A DNA stretch of 64,000 nucleotides, taken from the NCBI GenBank assembly GCA_963668645.2, contig CAXXWC010000021.1, forward strand, positions 352,001-416,000, written 5' to 3'. Numbering within the stretch: the stretch's first letter is position 1; every line of letters starts with the position of its first letter. Below are positions 50,571 through 58,837 of the stretch, piece by piece. The translations under genes were made by a program, and so were the position numbers. Source of the stretch: Desulfobacterales bacterium. Lineage in GTDB: Bacteria > Desulfobacterota > Desulfobacteria > Desulfobacterales > UBA2174. The notes beneath the pieces were generated by a model. That model was not told where the DNA came from. It saw nothing but the letters and a program-made list of their open reading frames with translations, and made no database searches.

Positions 50571-52534
50571 CTTGGGTTTGGGATTTGTAGGCAAAAAACA
50601 CCTCCGAAATTCGGCTCTCCACGAATTCGCACCTTATAAAAACAATTAGTTACAAAAAATTGAGCCGTTTTTTAAGCTCAAATGCTGTAGGCACACGAAT
50701 TCGCGGTTTAGGCCTTGACATAAAATATTTCAAACGCTATGTGGGTAAGCATGTACCTACGAACCACAAAGCGCACCAATAAGGACGGCTCAACGGTCGA
50801 ATACTTCCAACTCGCCCACAACGAGCGCGATCCCAAAACCCGTAAACCGGTCGCCAAAATCATCCACAACTTCGGGCGCACCGATCAACTCGATCGCGCT
50901 CAGCTCGTGCGCCTGTGCCGATCCATTGCACGGGTCTGCGGCCTGACCGTCACCGATCCGCTCGAAAACGACCAAGCGGTCTCGGCACTGGCTGACAGCC
51001 TCAAAATTCAAGAAACTCTCGCTTTCGGCTGCCCGCTGGTTATCGAAACCCTCTGGGAACGGTTGGGGCTTCGAAAGACCCTGGCCAACATCGTCAAGTC
51101 CAAAGGGGTTCGCATCAACTACGAACGGGCCCTGTTGGCCATGACCGCCAACCGGCTCTGTGAGCCCGAATCCAAGCTGGGCGTCTGGGATCGCTGGCTG
51201 TCCACGGTTTACCTGCCGTCATGCGACGGGCTGAAGCTCGATCACATGTACGAGGCCATGGATCTGCTCCACGAACATGCCGCCGAGATCGAAAAAAGCG
51301 TCTTTTTCCATACCGCCAACCTGTTCAACCTCACCGTGGATCTGATCTTCTACGACACCACCACGGCCTCGTTCCATGTCGACCGGGAAGATGACGGCGA
51401 CCGGCACGCCAACGCCACAATGCGCAAGTTCGGCCGCAACAAGGAAGGTACCTGGTCACCCCAAGTCGTCGTGGCCCTGGCCGTGACTCGCGAAGGCATC
51501 CCGGTGCGCAGTTGGGTGCTGCCGGGCAACACGGCCGATGTGGCCACCGTCGAAAAGATCCGCACCGACCTGCGGGGCTGGAACCTGGGTCGCGCCCTGT
51601 TTGTCGCCGACGCGGGCATGAATTCGCAGACCAACCGCGAAGAACTGGCCCGGGCTTGCGGCAAGTACCTTCTGGCCTGCCGGATGGCCAGCGTGGCCGA
51701 AATCAAACGCGATGTGCTGAGCAAACGCGGCCGCTACACTGTCATCCGAGACAACCTGCACGCAAAAGAAGTCATCGTTGGCGACGGCGAAAGGCGCAAG
51801 CGCTACATCCTGTGCTACAACCCCAAGGAAGCCAAACGCCAGCGGCTACACCGTGAAACGATCGTTCAGATGCTCGAAACCGAACTCGATCGGCACCCGG
51901 ACCCATCGGCCACGGCCCAGTGGGCGATCGAGCTGTTGGCCTCGGCGCGTTTCAAGCGGTATCTGCGCATCACCAAGGGCAACCAGGTCCGAATCGACCG
52001 GGCGGCCATCAAGGCGGCGGCCAAGTACGATGGCAAATGGGTGGTGGAAACCAACGACGATACCATCAGCCTCGAAGACGCCGCCTGCGGATACAAAGGG
52101 CTGATGGTCATTGAGCGCTGCTTTCGCTCGCTCAAACGCACCCAGATCAAGATGATGCCGATGTACCACTGGGCCTCGCGGCGCATTGAGGCCCATGTGA
52201 AGATCTGTGTGCTGGCGCTGATGATCGAGCGGGTGGCCGAACTCGAATGCGGCCTGCCCTGGCACCGAATTCGCCGGTCGCTGGACAAGCTGCAAGTCAC
52301 AAAACTTTTCAATTTAAATTACCGTGTGCTTATGCGCAACGAGATCCCCGTGAAAACTGCCAACATACTGAAAGCGCTTAAAATCAAATCTCCGCAGCAG
52401 GTCCTTTCACTGGAAAATCGGCCCTAAAAAGGGGCGAAAAATGTAGACACACGCTGAATTTCATTCATCGTCATAGATGCGCACCAGATAAGGGTTTGCG
52501 CCAATTCTGTGTTCCTACGTTTCCCAAACCCAAG
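50571..52534 (+). mobile_element. Complete IS1634-family element
   Basis: TIRs CTTGGGTTTGGGATTTGTAGG / CTTGGGTTTGGGAAACGTAGG; flanking 5-bp duplication CCTCG (50566-50570 and 52535-52539). Confidence 0.92.
50751..52427 (+). CDS. IS1634-family transposase
   Basis: FYDTTT, PGNTAD, VADAGM, IERCFRSLK...P.YHW...RIEAHV.IC. Confidence 0.93.
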   Translation: MYLRTTKRTNKDGSTVEYFQLAHNERDPKTRKPVAKIIHNFGRTDQLDRAQLVRLCRSIARVCGLTVTDPLENDQAVSALADSLKIQETLAFGCPLVIETLWERLGLRKTLANIVKSKGVRINYERALLAMTANRLCEPESKLGVWDRWLSTVYLPSCDGLKLDHMYEAMDLLHEHAAEIEKSVFFHTANLFNLTVDLIFYDTTTASFHVDREDDGDRHANATMRKFGRNKEGTWSPQVVVALAVTREGIPVRSWVLPGNTADVATVEKIRTDLRGWNLGRALFVADAGMNSQTNREELARACGKYLLACRMASVAEIKRDVLSKRGRYTVIRDNLHAKEVIVGDGERRKRYILCYNPKEAKRQRLHRETIVQMLETELDRHPDPSATAQWAIELLASARFKRYLRITKGNQVRIDRAAIKAAAKYDGKWVVETNDDTISLEDAACGYKGLMVIERCFRSLKRTQIKMMPMYHWASRRIEAHVKICVLALMIERVAELECGLPWHRIRRSLDKLQVTKLFNLNYRVLMRNEIPVKTANILKALKIKSPQQVLSLENRP

Positions 52535-52778
52535 CCTCGGCACCGGCAAAGTTGCTGCGCATGATTGCGGCAGGCACATTGCCGATTGATGGGGCTGCCA
52601 CTTCTAAGGGGTTGAATTACTGTGTGATCGGCCTTGATTGAGCGCAGCGACCGGGCGGTTGGTTTTTTCGGACTTCAACGCCACAACACCGAAACGTGCG
52701 ATCCCACTCGTTTGAATCCGGGATCTTCCGTAACGATGGTGGCCACACTCTCCCAGGTCGCTGCCGCCCCCCAACCGA

Positions 52779-53483
52779 TCATTGAACAGGAAAATCGAAA
52801 TACGTATCCGGAAAGGGCTCGTTCTTGAACGTAAAGTGCCACCACTCCTTCGGATATGGCACAAAGCCGTGTTTTTCCATCAGAACCTGCAAGAGCATCC
52901 GGTGGGCCCGGGCTTCGGCCGATACATCGAGACTGGTGGGCCATGACTTGGGGCTGAAGAAATCGAATCCTGAGCCCATATCCAGGCCGGGATCGGTCGA
53001 CTTCGCAGCGCGGGACGTGAGAGTCAGATCCACCGTGCTGCCGCGGCTGTGGCTGGATCTTGCAGCGATATAGTCTTCCCTGAAAAGGTTTTCTTTCTTC
53101 ACTTCCGGATAGAATTCCGCCTGCATACGGGTATCGCCGACATCCTTGGCCCAGCGCACAAAATGATCCACGGCGCGTTGCGGCCGGTACCCGTCAAAAA
53201 CCTTCAAGCTGAGCCCGAACGGTTGCAGTTCGTCCTGAACCGCTTTGAGTGCCTGCGCCGCTTTCTCGCTAAGGATGCACCTGGGCTGAAGGTATCCGTC
53301 CACTTGCGCCCCCACGAAATTGTGTTTGGTGGCGTAGCGAAGCTCGATCTTGATGCCGGGGATCACCTGGTCGAGATAGACAAATCCCTGAGGCAAAGCA
53401 GGAGTTTGACCGGCTGCCACGGTAGCCGTACCCACCAGGCAAGCCAGCATGATACACACAAAAAGAGCAAATTTTTTCTTCAT
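52779..53483 (-). CDS. ddpX: D-alanyl-D-alanine dipeptidase (M15D, VanX/DdpX family) with signal peptide
   Basis: DGYRPQRAV, SSHSRGSTVDLT, DMG..FD, EWWHF. Confidence 0.92.
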   Translation of the reverse strand: MKKKFALFVCIMLACLVGTATVAAGQTPALPQGFVYLDQVIPGIKIELRYATKHNFVGAQVDGYLQPRCILSEKAAQALKAVQDELQPFGLSLKVFDGYRPQRAVDHFVRWAKDVGDTRMQAEFYPEVKKENLFREDYIAARSSHSRGSTVDLTLTSRAAKSTDPGLDMGSGFDFFSPKSWPTSLDVSAEARAHRMLLQVLMEKHGFVPYPKEWWHFTFKNEPFPDTYFDFPVQ

Positions 53484-53535
53484 CCACCCGGTCCTCTTTT
53501 TTGATTAAAAATTGCCTGGAAGAAAAATCCAGGCT

Positions 53536-54183
53536 TCACTCGACAAACAGCTCGTCCAGTCGAAACCATTCCACCGCTTTGCCCGGCCTCCGGCTCACGG
53601 CGACCATCTTGGCGGCCACCTGCGCGGCCGGTATGGGCCGGTAGCGGCGCAAACCGGGGATGCGGCAAAGTGCCGGCAGGATCAAACCGCCCAATTTCTC
53701 GCCCATACGCAGCTCCTTTCGCTGGCCCAGCAGCAAAGAGGGCTGGAAGATGCTGATGCGCTCGAACGGCAAGGCCTGGATCCGGCGCTCCAACTCCCCC
53801 TTCATCTTCAGGTACGGATTTTTACTGCCCGCATCGGCCCCGCTGGAAGAGATCAACAGATAATGGCGCACGCCGTTTTCGGCCGCCAATTCTGCGGCCC
53901 GGTACTGATAGTCGAAATCGACTTTCCGCTGGGCCGCGATGGAGCCGGCCTGCTTGCGGGTCGTTCCCAGGCACGAGAAGAATCGAGCGGCCCTGAACAG
54001 GGGCGCGTATTGCTCCAAGCGGTCGAAATCCACCACCTGGTTGATGACCTTGGCAGATTGCCGGTCAGCCGGCCTGCGGGTCAGGGTAACCACCTGGCCG
54101 ACATGATCCGCAGCGGCCAGCCGATCCGTCAACGCACGCCCCACCAGCCCGGTGGCACCGATAACCACGGCGATGTCGTTCAT
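53536..54183 (-). CDS. NAD(P)H-binding protein (TIP30/YraR-like atypical SDR)
   Basis: GATGLVG, CLGTT...AGS, Y...KG, PSLLLG.R. Confidence 0.88.
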   Translation of the reverse strand: MNDIAVVIGATGLVGRALTDRLAAADHVGQVVTLTRRPADRQSAKVINQVVDFDRLEQYAPLFRAARFFSCLGTTRKQAGSIAAQRKVDFDYQYRAAELAAENGVRHYLLISSSGADAGSKNPYLKMKGELERRIQALPFERISIFQPSLLLGQRKELRMGEKLGGLILPALCRIPGLRRYRPIPAAQVAAKMVAVSRRPGKAVEWFRLDELFVE

Positions 54184-54213
54184 GGAATTCTCCTACCCGA
54201 TTCGAAAAAGTCT

Positions 54214-54528
54214 TCAAAGTTCTGGGTGCAAAACCTGAATAGGCAACGGGTTGACGCGTTTCCAATCGTCGGAGGCGTGTTCTGCATTCCAGAGATCATA
54301 ATTTTTTTGCAAATTGAGCCACAAGTCCGGAGTGGTGCCAAAGGCCCGGGAAAGCCTCAATGCCATATCCGGAGTGATCGAACCGTTTTCATTAAGTATT
54401 TTAGACAATGTCTTTCTTGATATGCCGAGCATAGCTGCCATATCCGTTATTGTTATATCCAGGGGATCAAGATAATCTTCCTTCAGGATTGCCCCAGGAT
54501 GAGTCGGTTTTCGTATAATTTTCTTCAT
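54214..54528 (-). CDS. higA: HigA-family antitoxin (HTH)
   Basis: PTHPG.IL.E, ITPDMALRL..AFGTTPD.WLNLQ..YDL. Confidence 0.92.
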   Translation of the reverse strand: MKKIIRKPTHPGAILKEDYLDPLDITITDMAAMLGISRKTLSKILNENGSITPDMALRLSRAFGTTPDLWLNLQKNYDLWNAEHASDDWKRVNPLPIQVLHPEL

Positions 54529-54538
54529 GACGGTATCC

Positions 54539-54817
54539 TCAATGATAATCACCATAGTTCACATCGTATGCGTCACCATCAATAAATCTGAAAAATATGC
54601 GCCAGTTGCCCGAGACTCGGACCGAGTGAAATCCGCCCAGATCCCCTGTCAGTTGGTGCAAGTGTGATCCGGGGTAGTTCATGTCGATGATGTCCTCGGC
54701 CGCATTTAAGCGATCCAAAATTCTGCTGAGCCTTCTCTCATGCTCAGGGCGAATCCCTTTCTTGCCACCTCTATAGAAAAAATCCTCAATGCCTTTATGA
54801 TTGAAGGACTTGATCAT
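54539..54817 (-). CDS. higB: HigB (RelE/ParE-superfamily) toxin
   Basis: MIKSF.HKG...F...G, LH.L.GD..G..SV.VSGNWRI.F.F, DYH. Confidence 0.92.
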   Translation of the reverse strand: MIKSFNHKGIEDFFYRGGKKGIRPEHERRLSRILDRLNAAEDIIDMNYPGSHLHQLTGDLGGFHSVRVSGNWRIFFRFIDGDAYDVNYGDYH

Positions 54818-54827
54818 AATGCGACTA

Positions 54828-54855
54828 CCGTAACCCATTAGGTTACGGCAGTCAA
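54828..54855 (-). promoter_or_regulatory. higBA promoter with palindromic operator
   Basis: Palindrome CCGTAACC-catta-GGTTACGG (54828-54848) overlaps TTGACT-17 nt-TACGGT on the minus strand, about 9 nt before the higB ATG. Confidence 0.7.
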
Positions 54856-54901
54856 CAGATGCCGCCAGACCTCGAATAACGAACGGAAACTGGCCTGCCC
54901 C

Positions 54902-55042
54902 ATGCCGAGTACCAGGCACGAGGCCCGAAGGCTGGAGCCCTGCGGTACCTCAAAGGTCATTCTTGGGTACGACTATCGAGCCGGCATGCGCCGTAGCGAA
55001 ATCTTGACCTTGTCAAATGCGGATCTTTCCGAGTCAACCTGA
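54902..55042 (+). pseudogene. Tyrosine recombinase (integrase) box-I fragment
   Basis: 46-aa ORF ending ...KVILGYDYRAGMRRSEILTLSNADL, which resembles the catalytic Arg box (TGMRxSEILxL). Confidence 0.55.
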
Positions 55043-55058
55043 CCGAAAACCAATAAAA

Positions 55059-55093
55059 AAGGGTTTGGCGAATCTGAATTTCGCCAAACCCTT
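55059..55093. terminator. Intrinsic terminator directly downstream of the tRNA 3' fragment
   Basis: AAGGGTTTGGCGAA...TTCGCCAAACCCTT stem with A/T tracts on both sides. Confidence 0.75.
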
Positions 55094-55102
55094 GATTTTT
55101 TG

Positions 55103-55124
55103 TGGTGCCGAAGGGGAGACTCGA
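55103..55124 (-). repeat. tRNA 3'-end fragment (probably tRNA-Leu), putative att site of an integrative element
   Basis: Minus strand TCGAGTCTCCCCTTCGGCACCA is a T-loop remnant, T-stem, acceptor strand and CCA; no 5' half of a tRNA upstream. Confidence 0.8.
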
Positions 55125-55594
55125 TTATATGAAGGTATAAGTATAGGTAATTGTTGGTATTTTTAATTTTTCATCCTCCAGGTTCAAAGGTTTTTGTGCC
55201 AGAAAAATGTATTTTATCACCTTGCCGATGCTGGATCAAGCAGACCTTTTCTGACGCCCCAATATAGCACAGAATAAGAAAATATGAATATTCTTTCATA
55301 TTAGCACTTTATGGTTTTACTCAGGGTGTTTTACGCACGCAACTTGCCGAATATATTTTTTATCAATCGCCTTTGGCTCTTCCTGCCAGCAAGGTTTATC
55401 CACCAAGTATCCCCTCCAACGCCAGCATTTTCGGGCAAATCGATTCTGCTTCAAAAACCCCATATAAATTACAATGAAAAAAAGACGACCAACCTTTGTA
55501 AGCGTCCGGGCAACCGCATCTTCTCAAGCGCTTGGAAATTTGTCACAGGTTGACTCCGTAGGCCGTAGACTATTTCAGCCAAGGAGGCATCATC

Positions 55595-55939
55595 GTGACA
55601 CGGAAGCAACGAGCAGAGGCTCTGGAGGTCAAGCGGCGGTTTTGGCGACAGCACGTTGAGCGATGGAAACGAAGCGGGCGGAACCAGAGCGAATATTGCC
55701 GGCAGCACTCACTCAAGCTGCACTGTTTTATCTACTGGAGAAAAAAGTACCGGGGTGCGGACGCGACTGCGATCTCCCTGGTCGAGGTTCAGTTGCCTCC
55801 GGTGGCGACCGGGGCCATCACCACCACGGACCACCGACCGCTGCGGCTTGTGGTTTCCTCCAGCCATTGTGTCGAGGTAGAGCGTGACTTTGATCCGGTG
55901 GCCCTGCGGCAGTTGTTGCACGTGCTGGAGCGGCTGTGA
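55595..55939 (+). CDS. tnpA: IS66 accessory protein TnpA
   Basis: W..HV..W..SG.....YCR.H.L....F.YWRKK. Confidence 0.9.
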   Translation: MTRKQRAEALEVKRRFWRQHVERWKRSGRNQSEYCRQHSLKLHCFIYWRKKYRGADATAISLVEVQLPPVATGAITTTDHRPLRLVVSSSHCVEVERDFDPVALRQLLHVLERL

Positions 55940-56289
55940 TGTTTTTGCCATCGCATACCCGCATTTACCTGGCGACCGGCAGCACTGACATGCGCAAAGC
56001 CATCAATGGGCTTTCGATTCTGGTCGAAGATCGACTTGAGTTCGACCCATTTTCCGGCCACCTGTTCGCCTTTTGTAATCGGCGCCGGAACATGATCAAA
56101 ATCCTGTACTGGGATCGAAACGGTTTTTGTCTCTGGCACAAGCGTTTGGAGAAGGAGTTTTTCATCTGGCCGGAGCGCCCCGACGAAGTCATGGAACTGG
56201 ATCTTCGCCAGTTGAGTTGGCTGTTGGAAGGGCTTGAGATTGGCCAGCGGCATGCGCATAAAGAGCTGCACTACGAAACGCTGGTATGA
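55936..56289 (+). CDS. tnpB: IS66 accessory protein TnpB (not the RNA-guided nuclease)
   Basis: TDMRKAINGL, F.FCNRRR..IKILYWD.NGFCLW.KRLE. Confidence 0.93.
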   Translation: MMFLPSHTRIYLATGSTDMRKAINGLSILVEDRLEFDPFSGHLFAFCNRRRNMIKILYWDRNGFCLWHKRLEKEFFIWPERPDEVMELDLRQLSWLLEGLEIGQRHAHKELHYETLV

Positions 56290-56356
56290 AAGATTTTTTT
56301 ATTTTTAATCGAGAAAAAGATTGCCAAATTTGTGGCTTTACGGTATTGAATTTACC

Positions 56357-57901
56357 ATGAATTTTGATGTCCAAAACCTTCCTGATGATCCTGCTCAGCT
56401 CAAACAAATCATCGTTTCATTGCTCAATGAATATCAGCGCCGGATTGAACATTTGGAAGAAGTGAACCGGTTGTTGAAGAACGAAATATTCGGTAGAAAG
56501 TCCGAGAAAAGATCTGTTGCCGACAGTCGTCAATTTTCTCTTTTCGAAGAATCTGAAGAAGAGCCACTGGATGCGATCGATGAACCCGAAGACCGGCAGC
56601 CAGTGGAAGGCCATACACGCCGCAAGCCGGTCCGCAAGCCACTGCCGGCCGATCTGCCTCACGAAGACATTATTCACGATCTGGATGAATCCGAGAAAGT
56701 TTGTGTCTGCGGCCAGTCGCTTTGCAAGATTGGCGAAGAGGTCTGCGAGAAACTGCGTTATACGCCTGCAACGATGGTGGTCGAACGTCATATTCGCCCC
56801 AAATACGCTTGCAAAACCTGTGATGGGGTTGAAGATGATGGCCCGACCGTCAAGATCGCTCCGGTGCCGCCCCAACTGATCCCCAAGTCGTTTGCTACCG
56901 GATCGCTGGTAGCCCATATCGTCTGTTCCAAGTTCGAAGACGCCCTGCCATTGTATCGGCAGGAAAAAATCTTTTTGCGCATTGGTATCGACCTGCCCCG
57001 TTCGACCATGTGCACTTGGCTGATCAAGGTGGCCGACTTGGCCCGGCCGCTAATGGACCTGATGGGTCAGGAAATCCGATCCGGCCCGGTGGTGAACGTT
57101 GATGAGACCACGGTTCAGGTGATGAAAGAACCGGGCAAGGCCGACACCAGCAAATCCTATATGTGGCTGTTTCGAGGAGGGCAGCCGGACCGGCCGGTAT
57201 TGGTGTTCGAATATCATCCGAGCCGTTCGGGGCAAATCCCGCTTGACTATCTGAGTGGATACCAAGGCTATGTGCAATGCGATGCCTACAGCGGGTATGA
57301 CGCATTGGGCAGGCAAGAAGGCGTGGTGTTGTTAGGCTGCTGGTCACATGCCCGGCGCAAGTTCGACGAAGTCATCAAGGCCCGTGGAGGAGCCAAACGC
57401 AAAGGCAGCGCTGAGCAGGCCCTGGAGTATATCGGCCGGCTGTACGCCGTGGAAAAGAAGGCACGTGAAGCCGGGCTGGATTCGGATGCCATCCGCGATC
57501 TGCGCCAGCGGGAAGCCAAACCGGTTCTCGACGAGTTCAAGGCCTGGATGGACGCGAAAACCTTGGCGACGCCTCCCAAAGGGCTGCTCGGCAAGGCTAT
57601 TCTTTACACGCTCAACAATTGGCAGCGCCTGGTCGGCTATCTTGAGGATGGCCGGTTGCGGCCGGACAATAACCTGGCGGAAAATGCGATCCGACCGTTT
57701 GTGCTAGGCAGAAAAAATTGGCTGTTCGCCGGCAACCCGGACGGCGCTCGTGCCGCCGCCGTGTATTACAGTCTGATCGAAACCGCCAAGGCCAATGGCT
57801 GGAAGGTGTACGATTATCTGACCTACCTGTTCGAAAACCTGCCGCTGGCAAAAACCGAAGAAGATTACCGCAAGCTGCTCCCCTACAACCGCTCTCAATA
57901 G
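56357..57901 (+). CDS. tnpC: IS66 DDE transposase TnpC
   Basis: FGRKSE, zinc finger, LPLYRQ, DETTV, CWSHARRKF, DNNLAENAIR...GRKNWLF. Confidence 0.95.
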   Translation: MNFDVQNLPDDPAQLKQIIVSLLNEYQRRIEHLEEVNRLLKNEIFGRKSEKRSVADSRQFSLFEESEEEPLDAIDEPEDRQPVEGHTRRKPVRKPLPADLPHEDIIHDLDESEKVCVCGQSLCKIGEEVCEKLRYTPATMVVERHIRPKYACKTCDGVEDDGPTVKIAPVPPQLIPKSFATGSLVAHIVCSKFEDALPLYRQEKIFLRIGIDLPRSTMCTWLIKVADLARPLMDLMGQEIRSGPVVNVDETTVQVMKEPGKADTSKSYMWLFRGGQPDRPVLVFEYHPSRSGQIPLDYLSGYQGYVQCDAYSGYDALGRQEGVVLLGCWSHARRKFDEVIKARGGAKRKGSAEQALEYIGRLYAVEKKAREAGLDSDAIRDLRQREAKPVLDEFKAWMDAKTLATPPKGLLGKAILYTLNNWQRLVGYLEDGRLRPDNNLAENAIRPFVLGRKNWLFAGNPDGARAAAVYYSLIETAKANGWKVYDYLTYLFENLPLAKTEEDYRKLLPYNRSQ

Positions 57902-58147
57902 ACTTCAGACGGAACGCGAAACCAGGCTTATCGGGCGGTTGGGGTGCGGTTTGCCGAACGCTTACCAACCTTTACGGCTACGTACCTATTCACCCGATGG
58001 TGATATTCATTAAGACAAGTTCTATAACTTTAAAAAGTGCAGGTAATTTTCGATTTAGGCCGGGAGTCTTGGGCGGTCTTTTTCAACTATTCCGATCAAC
58101 AACCGTTACCTGTCTGCATACTTAAAAGGCTGGAATCATTAAAGTTA

Positions 58148-58176
58148 TTGACATTGGATGAAACACCGGGTAAGAT
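58148..58176 (+). promoter_or_regulatory. Near-consensus sigma70 promoter
   Basis: TTGACA (58148-58153), 17-nt spacer, TAAGAT (58171-58176). Confidence 0.65.
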
Positions 58177-58231
58177 ATGCAGCATTAAGGCGGCGCTGCG
58201 AACTGACAACATTTACGAACGGGGGATTATC

Positions 58232-58450
58232 ATGACGATGGTTTTGCTGCATGGTGACGAAGAATTGGATTTTAGCGAAGTTTATTATGAAAACAAGAAA
58301 ACCCGTCAATGCATTCGTATCCCGGTTACCGAACTTTCCAAAGATGAACTGGGCGCCTTAGATGGCTATCTACGTAAAGCCCACGACCTGATGAATCAAT
58401 ACCGCAAATGGGTCCATAGCCTGCCGGATCGTCCCAACCTTTCCGATTGA
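58232..58450 (+). CDS. Small hypothetical island protein (72 aa)
   Basis: GGGGGA RBS before ATG 58232; upstream promoter; downstream hairpin near 58518-58550. Confidence 0.55.
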   Translation: MTMVLLHGDEELDFSEVYYENKKTRQCIRIPVTELSKDELGALDGYLRKAHDLMNQYRKWVHSLPDRPNLSD

Positions 58451-58706
58451 TTATGGGGGCACTTTCGGTGCCGATAGTTGATTAAAATGAATAGCTTAAT
58501 CTATCGTTATTAGTAATGGCCCCCGGTCCCCTCTTGGGCCGCGGGCCTTTCTGTCTTTATCTATTATATTCTATCTATCCTTTTCCCTCTTCCATCCCTC
58601 AAGATGGTAAGAGGGTTAGGAAAGAATTTCTAATATTAATTGTCCGCCACGTAGTCTCCAACGAAGTGGTCGGCTAAATAATCCTATCAATTGTTCCCTT
58701 GGATCT

Positions 58707-58837
58707 TTAAGCTACCCTTTCTCGTATCTGCTGTTGACGTATAATCTCATCTTTGTATTTACGATGTTCCTCTAAAAGTCCTTCGAAGATTTGATAGTCT
58801 TCATCTATGGCTAACAGCTCTTTTAAGCCCATTGGTG
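58707..58837 (-). pseudogene. C-terminal fragment of the polymerase-like gene, separated by IS insertion
   Basis: Removing 58838-61589 (IS plus one TSD copy) gives in-frame ...RLEHAPM-GLKELLAIDEDYQIFEGLLEEHRKYKDEIIRQQQIRERVA*. Confidence 0.8.

Larger units (their letters stand above)
55498..57965 (+). mobile_element. Complete IS66-family element
   Basis: TIRs GTAAGCGTCCGGGCAACCGCA / GTAAGCGTTCGGCAAACCGCA; 8-bp TSD CAACCTTT (55490-55497 and 57966-57973). Confidence 0.95.

Noticed and set aside
52779..53483. Vancomycin resistance locus (vanX)
   Set aside because: A lone signal-peptide-bearing D-Ala-D-Ala dipeptidase with no vanH, vanA, vanR or vanS.
55103..55200. Complete tRNA gene
   Set aside because: Only the last 22 nt are tRNA-like; no D-arm, anticodon arm or 5' acceptor strand is present.
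55936..56289. TnpB as an RNA-guided nuclease
   Set aside because: This is the 117-aa IS66 accessory TnpB; it has no RuvC or zinc-finger motifs.
55311..58125. A gene interrupted by IS66
   Set aside because: Rejoining the flanks across CAACCTTT gives only short or motif-less frames on either strand; the insertion may be intergenic.
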